DNA of 64,000 nucleotides from Selaginella moellendorffii (Eukaryota; Plantae; Lycopodiophyta): NCBI RefSeq assembly GCF_000143415.4, contig NW_003314263.1, positions 223,114 to 287,113 of the forward strand, read 5' to 3'. Shown piece by piece: positions 37,345 to 49,168 of this stretch (position 1 is its first letter; each line of letters starts with the position of its first letter). The notes under the pieces were generated by a model. It saw only the letters and a program-made list of their open reading frames with translations, ran no database searches and was not told where the DNA came from. The position numbers and the translations under genes were made by a program.

Positions 37345-40300
37345 TGTCAAGACCCCCGACAAGATCAAAACTGGAAAATGCAAAAAGACAAATAGAAAAA
37401 GCTAGTGGAAACAAAGAAGAGGCCTTAGACTAACGTTGATTCAGATTGTGGAGAAATGGAACAAGGTTAACCTATATATACTATAGGTTGACGAAGCTCC
37501 ACCACTCTTGGATCGAGGACGGCCTAAATATAGCTGAGGTCGAGGAGGTGCCACATCATCATCAAGAATATGGCTCGAGACTCAGGAATCGGGAAGTGTC
37601 TCGAGAGTTAGGAATAAGGAAGTGTCTCGAGAGTCAGGAATGTGGTTTGCAAGTCAGGAATCCGGTGAGAGTCAGGAATGTGGCAAGAATTGGGGGATTC
37701 CTGACAGCACCCCCTCCTCAAGAACGAGTGGAACGAGGATGTGAACGAGAACGAGGAGGAGGATGAGATGAGCGGCGAGGGATGGGAGATGGAGAAAAAG
37801 AATGAGGACTGGGACGAGAAGGATAGCGGCGGTGGAAGTCCTGAACAAGGTCAGGAGAATGAATCAGGTTGTCCGCAGGTTCCCAAGTGCGTTCCTCAGG
37901 TCCGTAACCCTTCCAGTCCACCAGATAGTAGAGTTTAGACCGTGAAATCTTGGAATCAAGGATGTCCTGAACCTCGTACTCAGACCCATCCTCGAGCTGC
38001 ACTGGTGGAGGCGGAGGAATGACCCGATTTGGAATAGGACTGGGAATATAAGGCTCAAGGAGAGAGGAGTGAAAAACGGGGTGAATTTGATATGAGGAGG
38101 GAAGTGCAAGGCAATAAGTGACGGGATTAATGATGGCAGTGATAGGAAAAGGATCGAGGCGTTTGAAATCGAGTTTTGGACAGGGCCTGGTGGTGGAGAT
38201 ATTTCGCCTGAGGAGCCAGACTTTATCCCCAATATTGTAAGGGGGACAATCCTGACGATGGACATTGGCAAATGTTTTGTGAGATTCCTGAGCACGATGG
38301 AGGTGGAAGGAGATGGAGTTGTGGATTTCCTGGAGGTTGGAGATAAATGCCTCAGAGTGGGGATTTTAACGAGAGGATTCAGATGGAGAAGGAAGTGAGA
38401 GATTGAATCGGGGATTTCGGCCAGAGTTCGCAAAGAAGGGGGAAACTCGAAGAGAGGAGTGAACAGAGTTGTTATAGGAGAACTCAGCAAGGGGAAGGAT
38501 ATCGAACCAGTTATCCTGATGATAGTTGATGAAGCACCTCAAGAATTGTTCCAATGTCTGAATCGTTCGCTCGGACTGTCCATCAGTTTGAGGATGATAT
38601 GCCGAAGAGAGGTTGGCCTTCACTCCAAGCAGCTACGAAAACCGTTGGCAGAAATGAGAGATGAACTGAGGCCCCCGATCCGAAACCACATCTGTAGGAA
38701 TCCCATGAAGTCGGAAAATTTCCCTGAATACCAGTTTTGCCATGTCCTCACCCGAAAATTCCTTGGTACACGGCAAGAAGTGCACCATCTTTGTGAAGCG
38801 ATCCACCACGACTAAAATACTGTTGAAGCCTCTAGAACTCGGAAGATCACTCAAGAAATCCATGGAGATGGATTCCTAAGGACCTGAAGGGACCGGGAGG
38901 GAACGAAGCAAACCTGAAGGAAGGTGGCGAGGTACCTTATTCTGGGCACAAGTGTCACAGGAGGTAACAAAAGCTTTGATGTAGTCATCCATGTGAGGCC
39001 ACCAAAAGTCCCGTGCAACTAGCTCATAGGTTTTCGCAATGCCGAAATGACCAGCAGTCGGGCTATCGTGGCACGCCATCAGGACCAACCTTCGAGCATC
39101 ACCTTCAGGAACGTAAAGCTGCTCCCCACAGTACAATAAGCCATCTAAGAACTCGAACTCGTCAAATCACTGGCAGTCGGGAGTCACTGGGTGTCCAGCC
39201 TGAAGATGGGTGAAAATATCGCTGGTGAGGTCATCGGATTGGAAATCATTTCTGATTGCATCCATCAAGGAGGAGTCCTGAGGGGCCAGGGAAATTGCCA
39301 TAACTTGAAGCCGATCAGGACCGAGGATAACTTGATCCTGTTGATCGAAGGCAGGATTACCAGGCCTGAGATTGAGATAGGAGCGCCTTGAAAGAGCATC
39401 AGGAAGGCCTTGAAGCTTTCCAGGTTTGTACTTGATAACAAAGTCAAACCGACTCAGGAATTGTGCCCACCTTGCTTGACGACGGCTCAAAACTCGGGAA
39501 GTGGCAAAGTACTCGAGATTTTTGTGATCCGTCCAGACTATTGTTTGATGGTCCGCCCCCTCCAAGAAACGGCGCCACTCTCCAAAGGAATCCACGATGG
39601 CAAGGAGCTCCTTGTCGTGGATTTCGTAATTGATCTCTGCAGGCTGGAATTTTCGAGAATGGAAAGCGACCAGATGAAGTTCGTGATCCGCTCCGAGTTG
39701 AGACAGCACAGCACCAAGGGCAAAGTCGGAGGCGTCAGCCTCGATGAAGAAAGGTTGTGAGGAATCAGCATGGATCAAGACGGGAGCAGAATTGAAGGCC
39801 GCCTTGAGTGTGTCGAAGGCCTGCTGGGCAGCAGCAGACTAAGAGAAGGGAACATCCTTGCGAGTGAGATGCGTGAGAGGAAGGACAATGTCAGAGTAGT
39901 GATCAATGAATTTGCGGTAGAAGCTGGCGAAGCCAAGGAAAACCTGAACGTCCGACATTGATTGTGGAGGCTCCCATTCGAGAATAGTCTTGACTTTGGC
40001 AGGATCCATCGTGATACCCTCAGGAGTGACAATGTACCCAAGGAACTCCACAGACTGCTGACCAAACGAGCATTTCTCAAGCTTCGCGTATAGGCCGTGT
40101 TCTCGCAGCTTCGCTAGCACCTTGCGTACATGTTCGTCATGCTCCTCCTGAGTTTTTGAGTAGATGAGGATGTCATCGAGGTAGACGATCACCATCTGAT
40201 CAAGAAACTCCCGAAAGACGTCGTTCGCCATGTGTTGGAAAACTGCTGGAGCATTTGTCAAGCCAAATGGCATGACAGTGTACTCGAAGTGGCCATAGCG

Positions 40301-42860
40301 GGTTCGGAACGCAGTCTTCCATTCATTACCAGGCCGGATCCGGATCAGGTTGTATGCTCCACGAAGGTCGATCTTGGTGAAGAAGCGGGCACCGCCGAGG
40401 CGTTCCAACAGGTCCGAGATCAGGGGCAGCGGATAACGGTTTCGAATAGTCACCTTGTTCAAACCTTGGTAGTCGATGACTAGCCGCAAGCTCCCATCCT
40501 TCTTCTTGACAAAGAAGATAGGTGCTTCAGCCGGGGACTGCGAATGCTGAATGTAGCCTGAGGCAAGGTTCTCATCCACGTACTCTTTGAGGGCCTTAAG
40601 CTCGGACGGGGATAACCCGTAGATAGGCCCCCACGGAGGTGACGCTCCTTCCTGTAAATCAATGGGACAATCATAAGGCCGATGAACAGGTAGTACACTA
40701 GCTTTTTTCTTGTCAAACACATCCCCAAAATCATGATACTTCTCAGGAAGACTGACAGGAGAAACATGCAAAGCAAAAAGGAAAAAAGGTTCTTCATGAA
40801 GGAGTTCTTTCATAGTGATTGTGGAGATAGGAGGAGGCGTACGACTAAATGGAATGATGAGACGAGGATACAGTCCAGTGTAAGATGGAAGAGAGGAAAA
40901 AAAAGAGGGTGAAAACTTTGTATAGTCAGGAACAGAACCCCGATTCCTTATTCGGACTCGATGAACAGCAGGGGAAGCCGTGGGAGAGATGAGCTGTAAT
41001 TCCTTCTAACAGATCTGAGGCTGATGTAGTTGGAACCAAGGAAGACCGAGCACCACAGAGGAGGACTTGCTGTTGATGATGTTGAAGGCGATATCGGTGA
41101 CGGTGGACCCGATGTGTACTCGAACGGGCAATGTTTCCCTAAGTCCAGAAGATGGAGACACAAAATGCCCGCCAATGCCTTCAACCCTCAAATCCCGTAT
41201 GGTAGGAGAAAGAAGAACGTGATGTCGGGCAGCAAAGTCCGTGTCCATGAAGCAGGAAGTTGCACCTGAGTCCAGTAGCGCCAGAGCCTTGAGTCTTGAT
41301 TGTCCGGTGAAAGAAAGGAGACATGGGACACGGAAGTTGCGGGAATTGGTGGTGGCTTTGATGAAAGGTGGTGAGGATCTTGATAAAGAAGAAAAGTGAT
41401 TTTTATTCGGGGAGTCCAAACAGACAGCTCCTACTCTGTTTGGACAGGGTCGTTTCCCGACTACAATAGAGGTGGACTTTGAGGCAGAGTGAACTCGAGC
41501 AGTTGGGGAGGCTTCTTGGGACATACAGCTGCTTTGTGATTAGGATCAGCACAATAGAGGCAAAGATTATGAGATATTCGACGTTGCTTCTCAGTAGGAC
41601 TCAACTTCCTTCTAATGAGTCGGGGAGTACCAAAAATATCCATCGGAACCGGAGCAGTAGGTTCAGGAGTATGCCCCGAAGACTCAAGCTAGGATTCCTG
41701 AGTCTGGGACGGAAAAACAGCGGTGCGGCGATTTTCCTAACGATGTTCAAAGAGACGATTGTCACATCGAACAACTTTGTTGATGGCGTCCGACAGGTCC
41801 TTGGGATCCTCCATGGTGAGCAACAAATCCTTGACACCATTGTTGAGGCCGAAACGAAATTGGTCAATCAGGGCCCGCTCATCCCACTGAGTGTCCAAAG
41901 CAAAGAGTTGGAACTCTGTAGTGTAGATCGAGGCAGGACGAGACCCCTGAGAGAGACGTCTCATCTTTGTGGTAGCAGCCCGAACCCGATCCATCTCGCC
42001 AAAACATGCTTCGAGCTTCTCTTTGAACAATTGAAGATCTATCAGCTCCGGAACCACGACCCCTTTCATGCTCTTCTCCAGAAGAGGAGAAAACCATGAC
42101 AAGGCTGCACCTTCGAGCAACATCCCAATCGCGCCGATTTGAGACTCGGGAGTGGGGTACTGCCGATGTTGAAGTGTGAAGATCAACTCCATCTGGTTCA
42201 GGAATCCGCAAAGCTCCGAACGCTTGCCTGAAAATTTGCCGGGAAACTCACCTTCGGTTCAGGAACTTTGCTGGATCCTTGAGCCGAAAGTGAAGCAAGT
42301 TCCTGCTGCATGCAAAGAAGGGTCGCCTTCAACTCGGTATTCTCAGACTGGATTTTTGCAAGGACTTCAGCAAAGAAATCAGGATGACTTGGAGACTCCA
42401 TTGGCAAGGGGGAAAAAAGGCAAAGGTAATCAAACAATCAAAACGAGCTAAATAAAAAAACGAAAAAAACACAATCTGAATCAAACTGTCAAGACCCCCG
42501 ACAAGATCAAGACTGGAAAATGCAAAAAGACAAAGAGAAAAAGCTAGTGGAAACAAAGAAGAGGCCTTAAACTAGCGTTGATTCAGATTGTGGAGAAATG
42601 GAACAAGGTTAACCTATATATACTATAGGTTGACGAAGTTCCACCACTCTTGGATCGAGGACGGCCTAAATATAGCTGAGGTCGAGGAGGCGCCACATCA
42701 TCATCAAGAATATGGCTCGAGACTCAGGAATTGGGAAGTGTCTCGAGAGTCAAGAATGTGGTCTGCAGGTCAGGAATCCGGCGAGAGTCAGGAATGTGGT
42801 CTGCAGGTTAGGAATCCAGCGAGAGTTAGGAATGTGGCAAGAATTGGGGGATTCCTGACA
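37345..42860 (-). mobile_element. Full-length Ty3/gypsy chromovirus (Tcn1/Tf1-sushi-like)
   Basis: LTRs 37345-37706 and 42487-42860 (TG...CA), TSD GTCTA on both sides, PPT gaggagggggtgc. gag with CCHC knuckle (CLYCADPNHKAAVC), protease LLDSGAT, RT VYLDDILIYS, RNaseH DASDFALGAVL, integrase HPQTDGQSER, chromodomain YEVQDILDS...WKGYGPEERTWEP. Frameshifts and stops in pol. Confidence 0.97.
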
Positions 42861-43270
42861 GTCTATATAAATTCATTATGGAAAGGGTTTAAAATTTATG
42901 AAGAATAAATAGAGCCAAAATAAGGAAAAAGAGATGATTCATCCAGTCAAACAGCCTCTAATTAGACTGAAGTAATTTAATTTATTTCAATAAGTAAGAA
43001 ACATAAGTAATTTATATTTTTTACATCTTTAAGTGAAAAGTTATAAATCACACATAATTATGATGTTAATTTGATAATTTTAAGATTCTAATATCAAGTT
43101 ACCATCCAAGATAATATTTTATCCTTTTAATAGTTTATTCATAAAAGTAAATCACATGAGAAATTCTTAAATTAGTCAATAAATTTTATTGTCAAATATC
43201 AAATATAACTCATTACTGATTTAACATTTATAATTTTCTATTATTTAATACTTATACTTAATACTTATAG

Positions 43271-44134
43271 TTAACAAATTTTACCACTTGACCATGTTAG
43301 TATATTTGGTTTTCCATCCTTATAAATTTCTAAATTACAATTTGTTTTAATATGGAATATTGATAGCATAACACATTTGTATTTTCTACAATAAGTTTTA
43401 CTTGACCAGTAATTATTTGTATCAAAGGCTCCATATAAAACAAGATTACCATCCTCTTGCATTCTTAAGTTACAATCAAAGCTTTTCCCATATGTTTTTG
43501 TACTCCAGAAAGCATTTTTAGCAATATAAAATACAGTATTACAATCATATTGCATTATTAGTATAAATCCTTTTGAATAATCAATTAATTCTTCCCCAAC
43601 TTTTAATGTTGCTAATGGCATATTCTTATACCCACTTATAAGTCTAGTATTTAATGGATTACAAGCATATGGAATTGTATTTTGTGTTGATACTTCAATA
43701 TTAGATGGAGATTTTGGAAAAAAACCTCTTATACTATACAATAAACCAAATACTCCCACTTCTGGATCAACAATAACCGTTAAAAAATGAGCTGCATTAT
43801 TTCTCATAATTAAAGGAATAATTTCTCCAGTAGCTCTTGTAAGCACATCTACTACTCTATCATTTTCAATGAGCTGCCTACCATCAGAATTAACACCACA
43901 GTTTACAAAACTTGAAAATATAAAAATATTTAAATCAAAAATTGTACTTCTCATTCCAAAGGGCATAGTAGGAGTAGAGTTTATTGGTGTATGTTCACCT
44001 GAAGGAAGTGCAATTCCTATAAAATTTATAAAAGCATTAATGACAAGAAGGGGGTTTATATTAAGTACTTGTAGAGCTCCTGCATATCCAAAATATTCAA
44101 CATGGTACATGATGCTTAAATGTTTTATAATCAA
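43271..44134 (-). CDS. Protein with a C-terminal bulb-type (GNA/B-type) lectin domain and an unrecognised N-terminal region
   Basis: QxDxNxVxY-type motifs MQYDCNTVFY and MQEDGNLVLY, plus a degenerate third site. Intronless, very AT-rich ORF. The first ATG is 8 codons into the ORF. Confidence 0.7.
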   Translation of the reverse strand: MIIKHLSIMYHVEYFGYAGALQVLNINPLLVINAFINFIGIALPSGEHTPINSTPTMPFGMRSTIFDLNIFIFSSFVNCGVNSDGRQLIENDRVVDVLTRATGEIIPLIMRNNAAHFLTVIVDPEVGVFGLLYSIRGFFPKSPSNIEVSTQNTIPYACNPLNTRLISGYKNMPLATLKVGEELIDYSKGFILIMQYDCNTVFYIAKNAFWSTKTYGKSFDCNLRMQEDGNLVLYGAFDTNNYWSSKTYCRKYKCVMLSIFHIKTNCNLEIYKDGKPNILTWSSGKIC

Positions 44135-44645
44135 CTTTTAAACATTTTATAAGGTCTTTGACTTAAATTTATGTTTTTTTATATTATTTAAATAAAAACT
44201 TAGTTAATGCAATCTAGACTATGTTTTTTTGGCAAGGTATGCTTCACTTTATTTATAATGTATTTAAATGAATATTTTATAAAGCTAGCTAGAACATAGC
44301 TTGGACTAGGATAGCTGATCAATATATTAAATCTCTCTAGAGCTCCAAAATATTCAATGCATTACTTAAACTCCAAATGTCAAGCATAGCTTATACGATT
44401 AAGACTATGAGCTATACTGAAGTTCAATACTTGGATATGCTTGCAACACTCTTTTCTGAATTGCCATGTCTGCCCTACATGTGGATTGCGCTCATGCTAA
44501 CTATTTGGATTCAAAAAGACTACTTTTCAGCCGTTCTCATCTGGAAGCGCATATTTGACTCCATAGCCTTTAGAAACTAGAAAGCTAGGAAAATCATGCT
44601 ATAGTCACTTCTGGTTTGACGTGGTACTTGTGGCTTCCATTTAGA

Positions 44646-44676
44646 TGGCTCAAAGTCGTCTTGTGCGCTAGTAACC
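44646..44676 (+). pseudogene. Start of a second thaumatin gene copy, cut off by the assembly gap
   Basis: tttagATGGCTCAAAGTCGTC is identical to the thaumatin start at 49169, and the upstream sequences also match. Confidence 0.6.
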
Positions 44677-44776
44677 NNNNNNNNNNNNNNNNNNNNNNNN
44701 NNNNNNNNNNNNNNNNNNNNNNNNNNNNNNNNNNNNNNNNNNNNNNNNNNNNNNNNNNNNNNNNNNNNNNNNNNNN
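44677..44776. other. Assembly gap (100 N)
   Basis: Run of N. Confidence 1.
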
Positions 44777-46490
44777 GAGATATTTTTTCTTCACTTAGTC
44801 ACATCACCACATCTTTGACCACTTGGAGGGGTTTTGCTCACCACCTCCATAAATTTTATTCTTGACTTGGGACATGTTAATCCCATGAATGGCATCTATA
44901 CTACTTATCCTTTGCACTTGGTCCATGTGCTTTATATATTCAATCCCATGGTTGACACCCAAAAATATCACTGACATATCATTCTATTACACTAAAGCTA
45001 TACCCATTCACCTTTATCATTTCAGTGGTCTAAAACTATTTGCATCATAATCCCATCTCTCAAAGATTGGGTTATTTGTCCATGAGTGGTCATCCCATGA
45101 CCACACCTTAGCATCCTTACTTGAAGACATGGGAAACACCATTCCCCAATGTCCCTTCTTTAGTTCCCACCAAGTCCCCATCCACAGCCGTGTCCACAAA
45201 CATTGCTATTGAGTCAAGGCCTGACCACTAAGTCCCATTGACCTTTAGGACTTCTTCACCATATGATTATATCCTTAGTCACTACACAAAAGGATTATTC
45301 CTCTTTCTTTCCATAGTTCAGGAATTTAGAATGATATTTTGAAACACCGTGGCCTTATGCAAGTTTCATAGGTACTCTTCCCACCTTCCACCTTTGGGTG
45401 ATTTAGCCATGTGGCTAGAGCGAGATTTTGATGAGTCACACTAGCTATTGAAGTAAGTAGTGCCACCCACATGTAAGCAACCAAAGAGAACGACTTGAGA
45501 GACGATCCATGGGGTTCAAATATAGAGGGAAAGGGCCCATGAACAAGAGTGCACCCCCTTTTCCAAACGGTTAAGGGTCTTGGGATATTTGGAGTTAAGC
45601 ATCCTTGGGTTTGAATAGTACTGGGCTGGGTGACCTCCCGGGAAGTCCAAACTCAGGAGCTTACACCACACTTGGATTAGGAGCATTAACCATTCGATCT
45701 CCTAGGGGAGCTAAAACCGGCTCTTGAACACTTCACCAAGTTACCTTGCTTGTTTGTCCATATTCACTTTAGCCTTGTACTACTTAATGGATATATCATC
45801 ATTTAACACATGAGTATAGCCTTCCATAGTCACACTAGCCTTTCCTGGCTAAATTGGCTCCACTAGAATCCTCCCCCTGCTATACTTTTAGAGCTCACCA
45901 AACCCCTCAGGGTTTGAGAGGTGAACGCTTTGGGCTTTTACCCTCAGACTCAAACTTGGACTTGGACTTAGACTCAAATTCAGACTTGGACTCGGTCTCG
46001 GTCTCGGTTTTAGTCTCGGTTTCAACCTTGGTCTCGGTCTTGACCTCAGACTCCATCTCATGTCCATCTCAGACTCAACCTCATACTCCATCTCGGGTCC
46101 ATCTTGAACTCCACCTCAGACTCCATCTTGAACTCTTTCTCAGATGCATCTTGGACTCCTCGGACTCCATCTCGGGTTCATCTTGGACTCTATCTCGGAC
46201 TCCATCTCGGACTCCATCTCGAACTTTGTTTTGGGTTCATCTCAGACTCCATTTCGACACTTTTATGTGTCATGTGTTGGTCCTCTTATGCCCCTTTTCT
46301 TAGAGACTCACTTATTGCTTGCTTTATACTTGTTTTTTGAGTATTTCATTGGGAGTTCCACTCCCACTCTTAACTATCCAAGTCAGAACTTTTAGTCCAA
46401 ACATGTTACACTCATTTGGCTTCTGCTTCGGCCACTATCACGTGGCACTCTTTTAGCTCCACTTTGGGGCTTAGGGATTTGTGTCTTACA
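44777..46490 (-). mobile_element. Ty3/gypsy 5' fragment (gag/leader/LTR remnant), same family as 1-4772
   Basis: 45670-46490 aligns with 4020-4772, including the degenerate hexamer array (gactcg/gtctcg/atctcg) and the cactttggggctta.ggattt.tgtcttaca end. Confidence 0.75.
45472..45665 (+). mobile_element. Solo LTR of the Cassandra-like 5S-bearing TRIM
   Basis: Terminal inverted repeats TGTAAGC...GCTTACA and a perfect 5-bp TSD CCACA. Internal 5S-like segment at 45593-45648: AGTTAAGCATCCTTGGGTTTGAATAGTACTGGGCTGGGTGACCTCCCGGGAAGTCC. Confidence 0.92.
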
Positions 46491-47650
46491 ACTCCACCAC
46501 CTATAGACAAAGTTTGATATCTTCATCAAATGATAAACTATTTTATAAAGTAACTTTATCATGAATTACCATTTTTCATCTTTGGCACCTAGTTAATATT
46601 CATTAATGGTTCAATATTGAAGGCTTACCATGCCTTGCCCATCCTCTAAGGAGTATAGTCTCTCTAACATAAAAACTCATTAAACAACTTATGGTGGTTC
46701 TCTCCCTATATTTGGTTTAGTTTTTGTTAAACCTTTTAAAAACACTTTCTCTATCTCAATCTAACTATTCATTTCTGAGTAGTTTTAGCTTCCATCAACA
46801 TAACCATCATATTTTAGAACTTTTAATTTTGACTTTTCAAAGTCATTTTCTTGGGTGTTTCTAACACCTTGCATTGCACATATTATGCAAACTCTATTTT
46901 CCCATCCTAGAAAGTTCTTTACTTAAAGGCACCATCATCTTCTCTTTTATTTAGTGTCACTCCAGACATTAAATTCCACTTATCCATAATGTATGCTAAG
47001 GTTATTCATGGCCCTATCATTTGCTCCATCTCTTTTAAAATTTTTTATATTCACCAAATTGAAGTATATAGAAATCCATCCTTAAAAACATATTTTCTTT
47101 CCCACAATTTGTTAACACCCACCATGTGGGTATTCTTTGCCTAACTTATCATTTGGATTTCTTTTAATGATTTCTATAATTTATTCTTGGCCATTAGTTT
47201 TTTGCTTCTATCCTTTGTTGCATCATACAACATAGTATCACTACCTCCATTTTTGAGGTATCTTTTTGGTTCTATAACAAAAGCTTTACTTTGCCAAGTC
47301 TAAAACATATTCATCTTTAATAAGTCTCTTCAATATTTCCTATTGTGGGCTTTATCTATGGCCCAACTTTATGACCCACCCACATGTCCTTCCTTAGAGA
47401 TTATTTTTTTAAACTCACAATACCATTACATTGTTGTAGTTCATTTCGTTTATGTGCCCTTCCCACTTGGTCACATTGACCATTACCAATAGTTCAAATC
47501 AACACTTTGAATTGAGAATTTTATTCCTTAACCTCACAAGGAGTTTATCCTTATTTAGCCATAAAATCATTTAGTGATATAACCTTGACACTTTAACAAG
47601 TTTGCTAATAAGTATTAGATCTTCCAAACCTTTAAGTTGTTGACCATAAC
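46491..47650 (-). mobile_element. Decayed gypsy integrase/3' region with PPT
   Basis: Minus strand aggtggtggagt|TGTAAGAC PPT-LTR junction at about 46490; weak integrase C-terminal remnants. Confidence 0.45.
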
Positions 47651-47794
47651 CCTAAGGGCATCCCCCACACTTGGCAATGTGCCTAATCCAGCCCTTTCGA
47701 CTAAGGGTCCATACAACTAAAACTGGGTGTCCCCATCTTATTCACCATGTCCTTGGTGCCATTTGCACTAAAGTGTTCAAATTAGATATGTCAA

Positions 47795-47825
47795 TAGTGG
47801 GAATCTCATTAATCCATTCATGCAT

Positions 47826-47872
<47 letters not shown>

Positions 47873-48030
47873 ATTACTCCCGCTGTTTACCCGCGCTTGG
47901 TTGAATTTCTCCACTTTGACATTAAGAGCACTGAGTAGAAATCACATTGCGTCAACATCCGCAAGGACCATCGCAATGCTTTGTTTTAATTAAACAATCA
48001 GATTCCCCTTGTCTGTTCCAGTTCTGTTTG
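47795..48030 (-). rRNA. Dispersed, degenerate 25S/28S LSU rRNA fragment (pseudogene)
   Basis: Reverse complement of the conserved LSU core (gtgggaatctc.ttaatccattcatgc...gacgaggcatttggctaccttaagagagtcat...cccgcgcttggttgaatttc...ttaattaaaca.tc.gattcccc), with substitutions. Confidence 0.93.
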
Positions 48031-48074
48031 ATGCCTAGGGAATACCCCCTGTGGGTTGGGGCATTCTGAATTCC

Positions 48075-48500
48075 ATTTGACCAGTAATTATCTATATCAA
48101 AAACTCCATATTAAACAAAATAACTATCTTCTTGTATTCTTCAGTTACAATTAAATCTTTTACTATGCATTTTTGTACTCCAAAAGGTAATAATAGTAAT
48201 ACAAAATTACAATCAGATTGTGAAATTATTGTAAACTCTTTGCTAATGGTATATTCTTATACCCACTTATAAATAAGCCTACTTGAAATTATGTTAATAC
48301 TTTTGATGGAGATTTTGGAAAAATAATTTCTATGCTATAGAGTAAACCAAATACTCCAACCTCTGGATCAATAATATTTAAAAATGTGCTATAGTCACTG
48401 AAACGTCCACTTCAACACCACAGTTTTCATAACTTGAAATAAAAACACTTAAATCAAATATTATTCCTTAAAAAGGACATTTTTAGAGTGGAGTTTCAGA
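48075..48500 (-). pseudogene. Degenerate paralog of the B-lectin gene at 43271-44134
   Basis: Shared blocks tattcttatacccacttata, gatggagattttggaaaaa, taaaccaaatactcc..tctggatcaa, with deletions. Confidence 0.75.
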
Positions 48501-49168
48501 AATTCTAACAAAATTTTTAACAACAAGTTTAGTATGGTTTAGAATATGTTTTTGTTCTTAAACTAACATATTCCAGGGTTCTAAGATGAGCTATGCTTGA
48601 ACAACTTATCTTTGCTATCAAGACATGCAACACTCTATCTCATGCCAAGAAATTACACTCCAATTTACTCTTGCCTCCAAATGTATAGCAAATGTGGCAA
48701 CAATGTAAATGTACACTCCAGAATGGACAGCTGTGAGAATCAAAAGAATATGCTATATCATGAACACAACTGGCCGATGGGTCAGCAACAGTAGTCAACT
48801 CGTGCATGGCAAAATCTTTGCTGGCCAACCCATGGGTTAATCGTTCATTTGGATGAGACTTACAAATGAATGTCTCAAAGAGATCTTGTGTGGAACACGA
48901 TGCTTGCCAAGATGACCGGCTCTACTTTTAGAATCTAAGCACATATTTGGTGCGTACGTGGAATGCCATGGTGGCACCCTTATTTCATTACTAAGCTCCC
49001 AGTGATGACTTATTGCTGATGCAAGGGAATATCATGCTATAGTCACTTGACTGAAAATCTGGTAGATGATTCTTGAGTCATTCTCAATTGTGATTGCAAA
49101 CGTTTCTTGGCATAAAAGGCCGGACAACCCCAGGATCGCTTAAGCAGTACTTGTAGCTTCCCGTTTAG

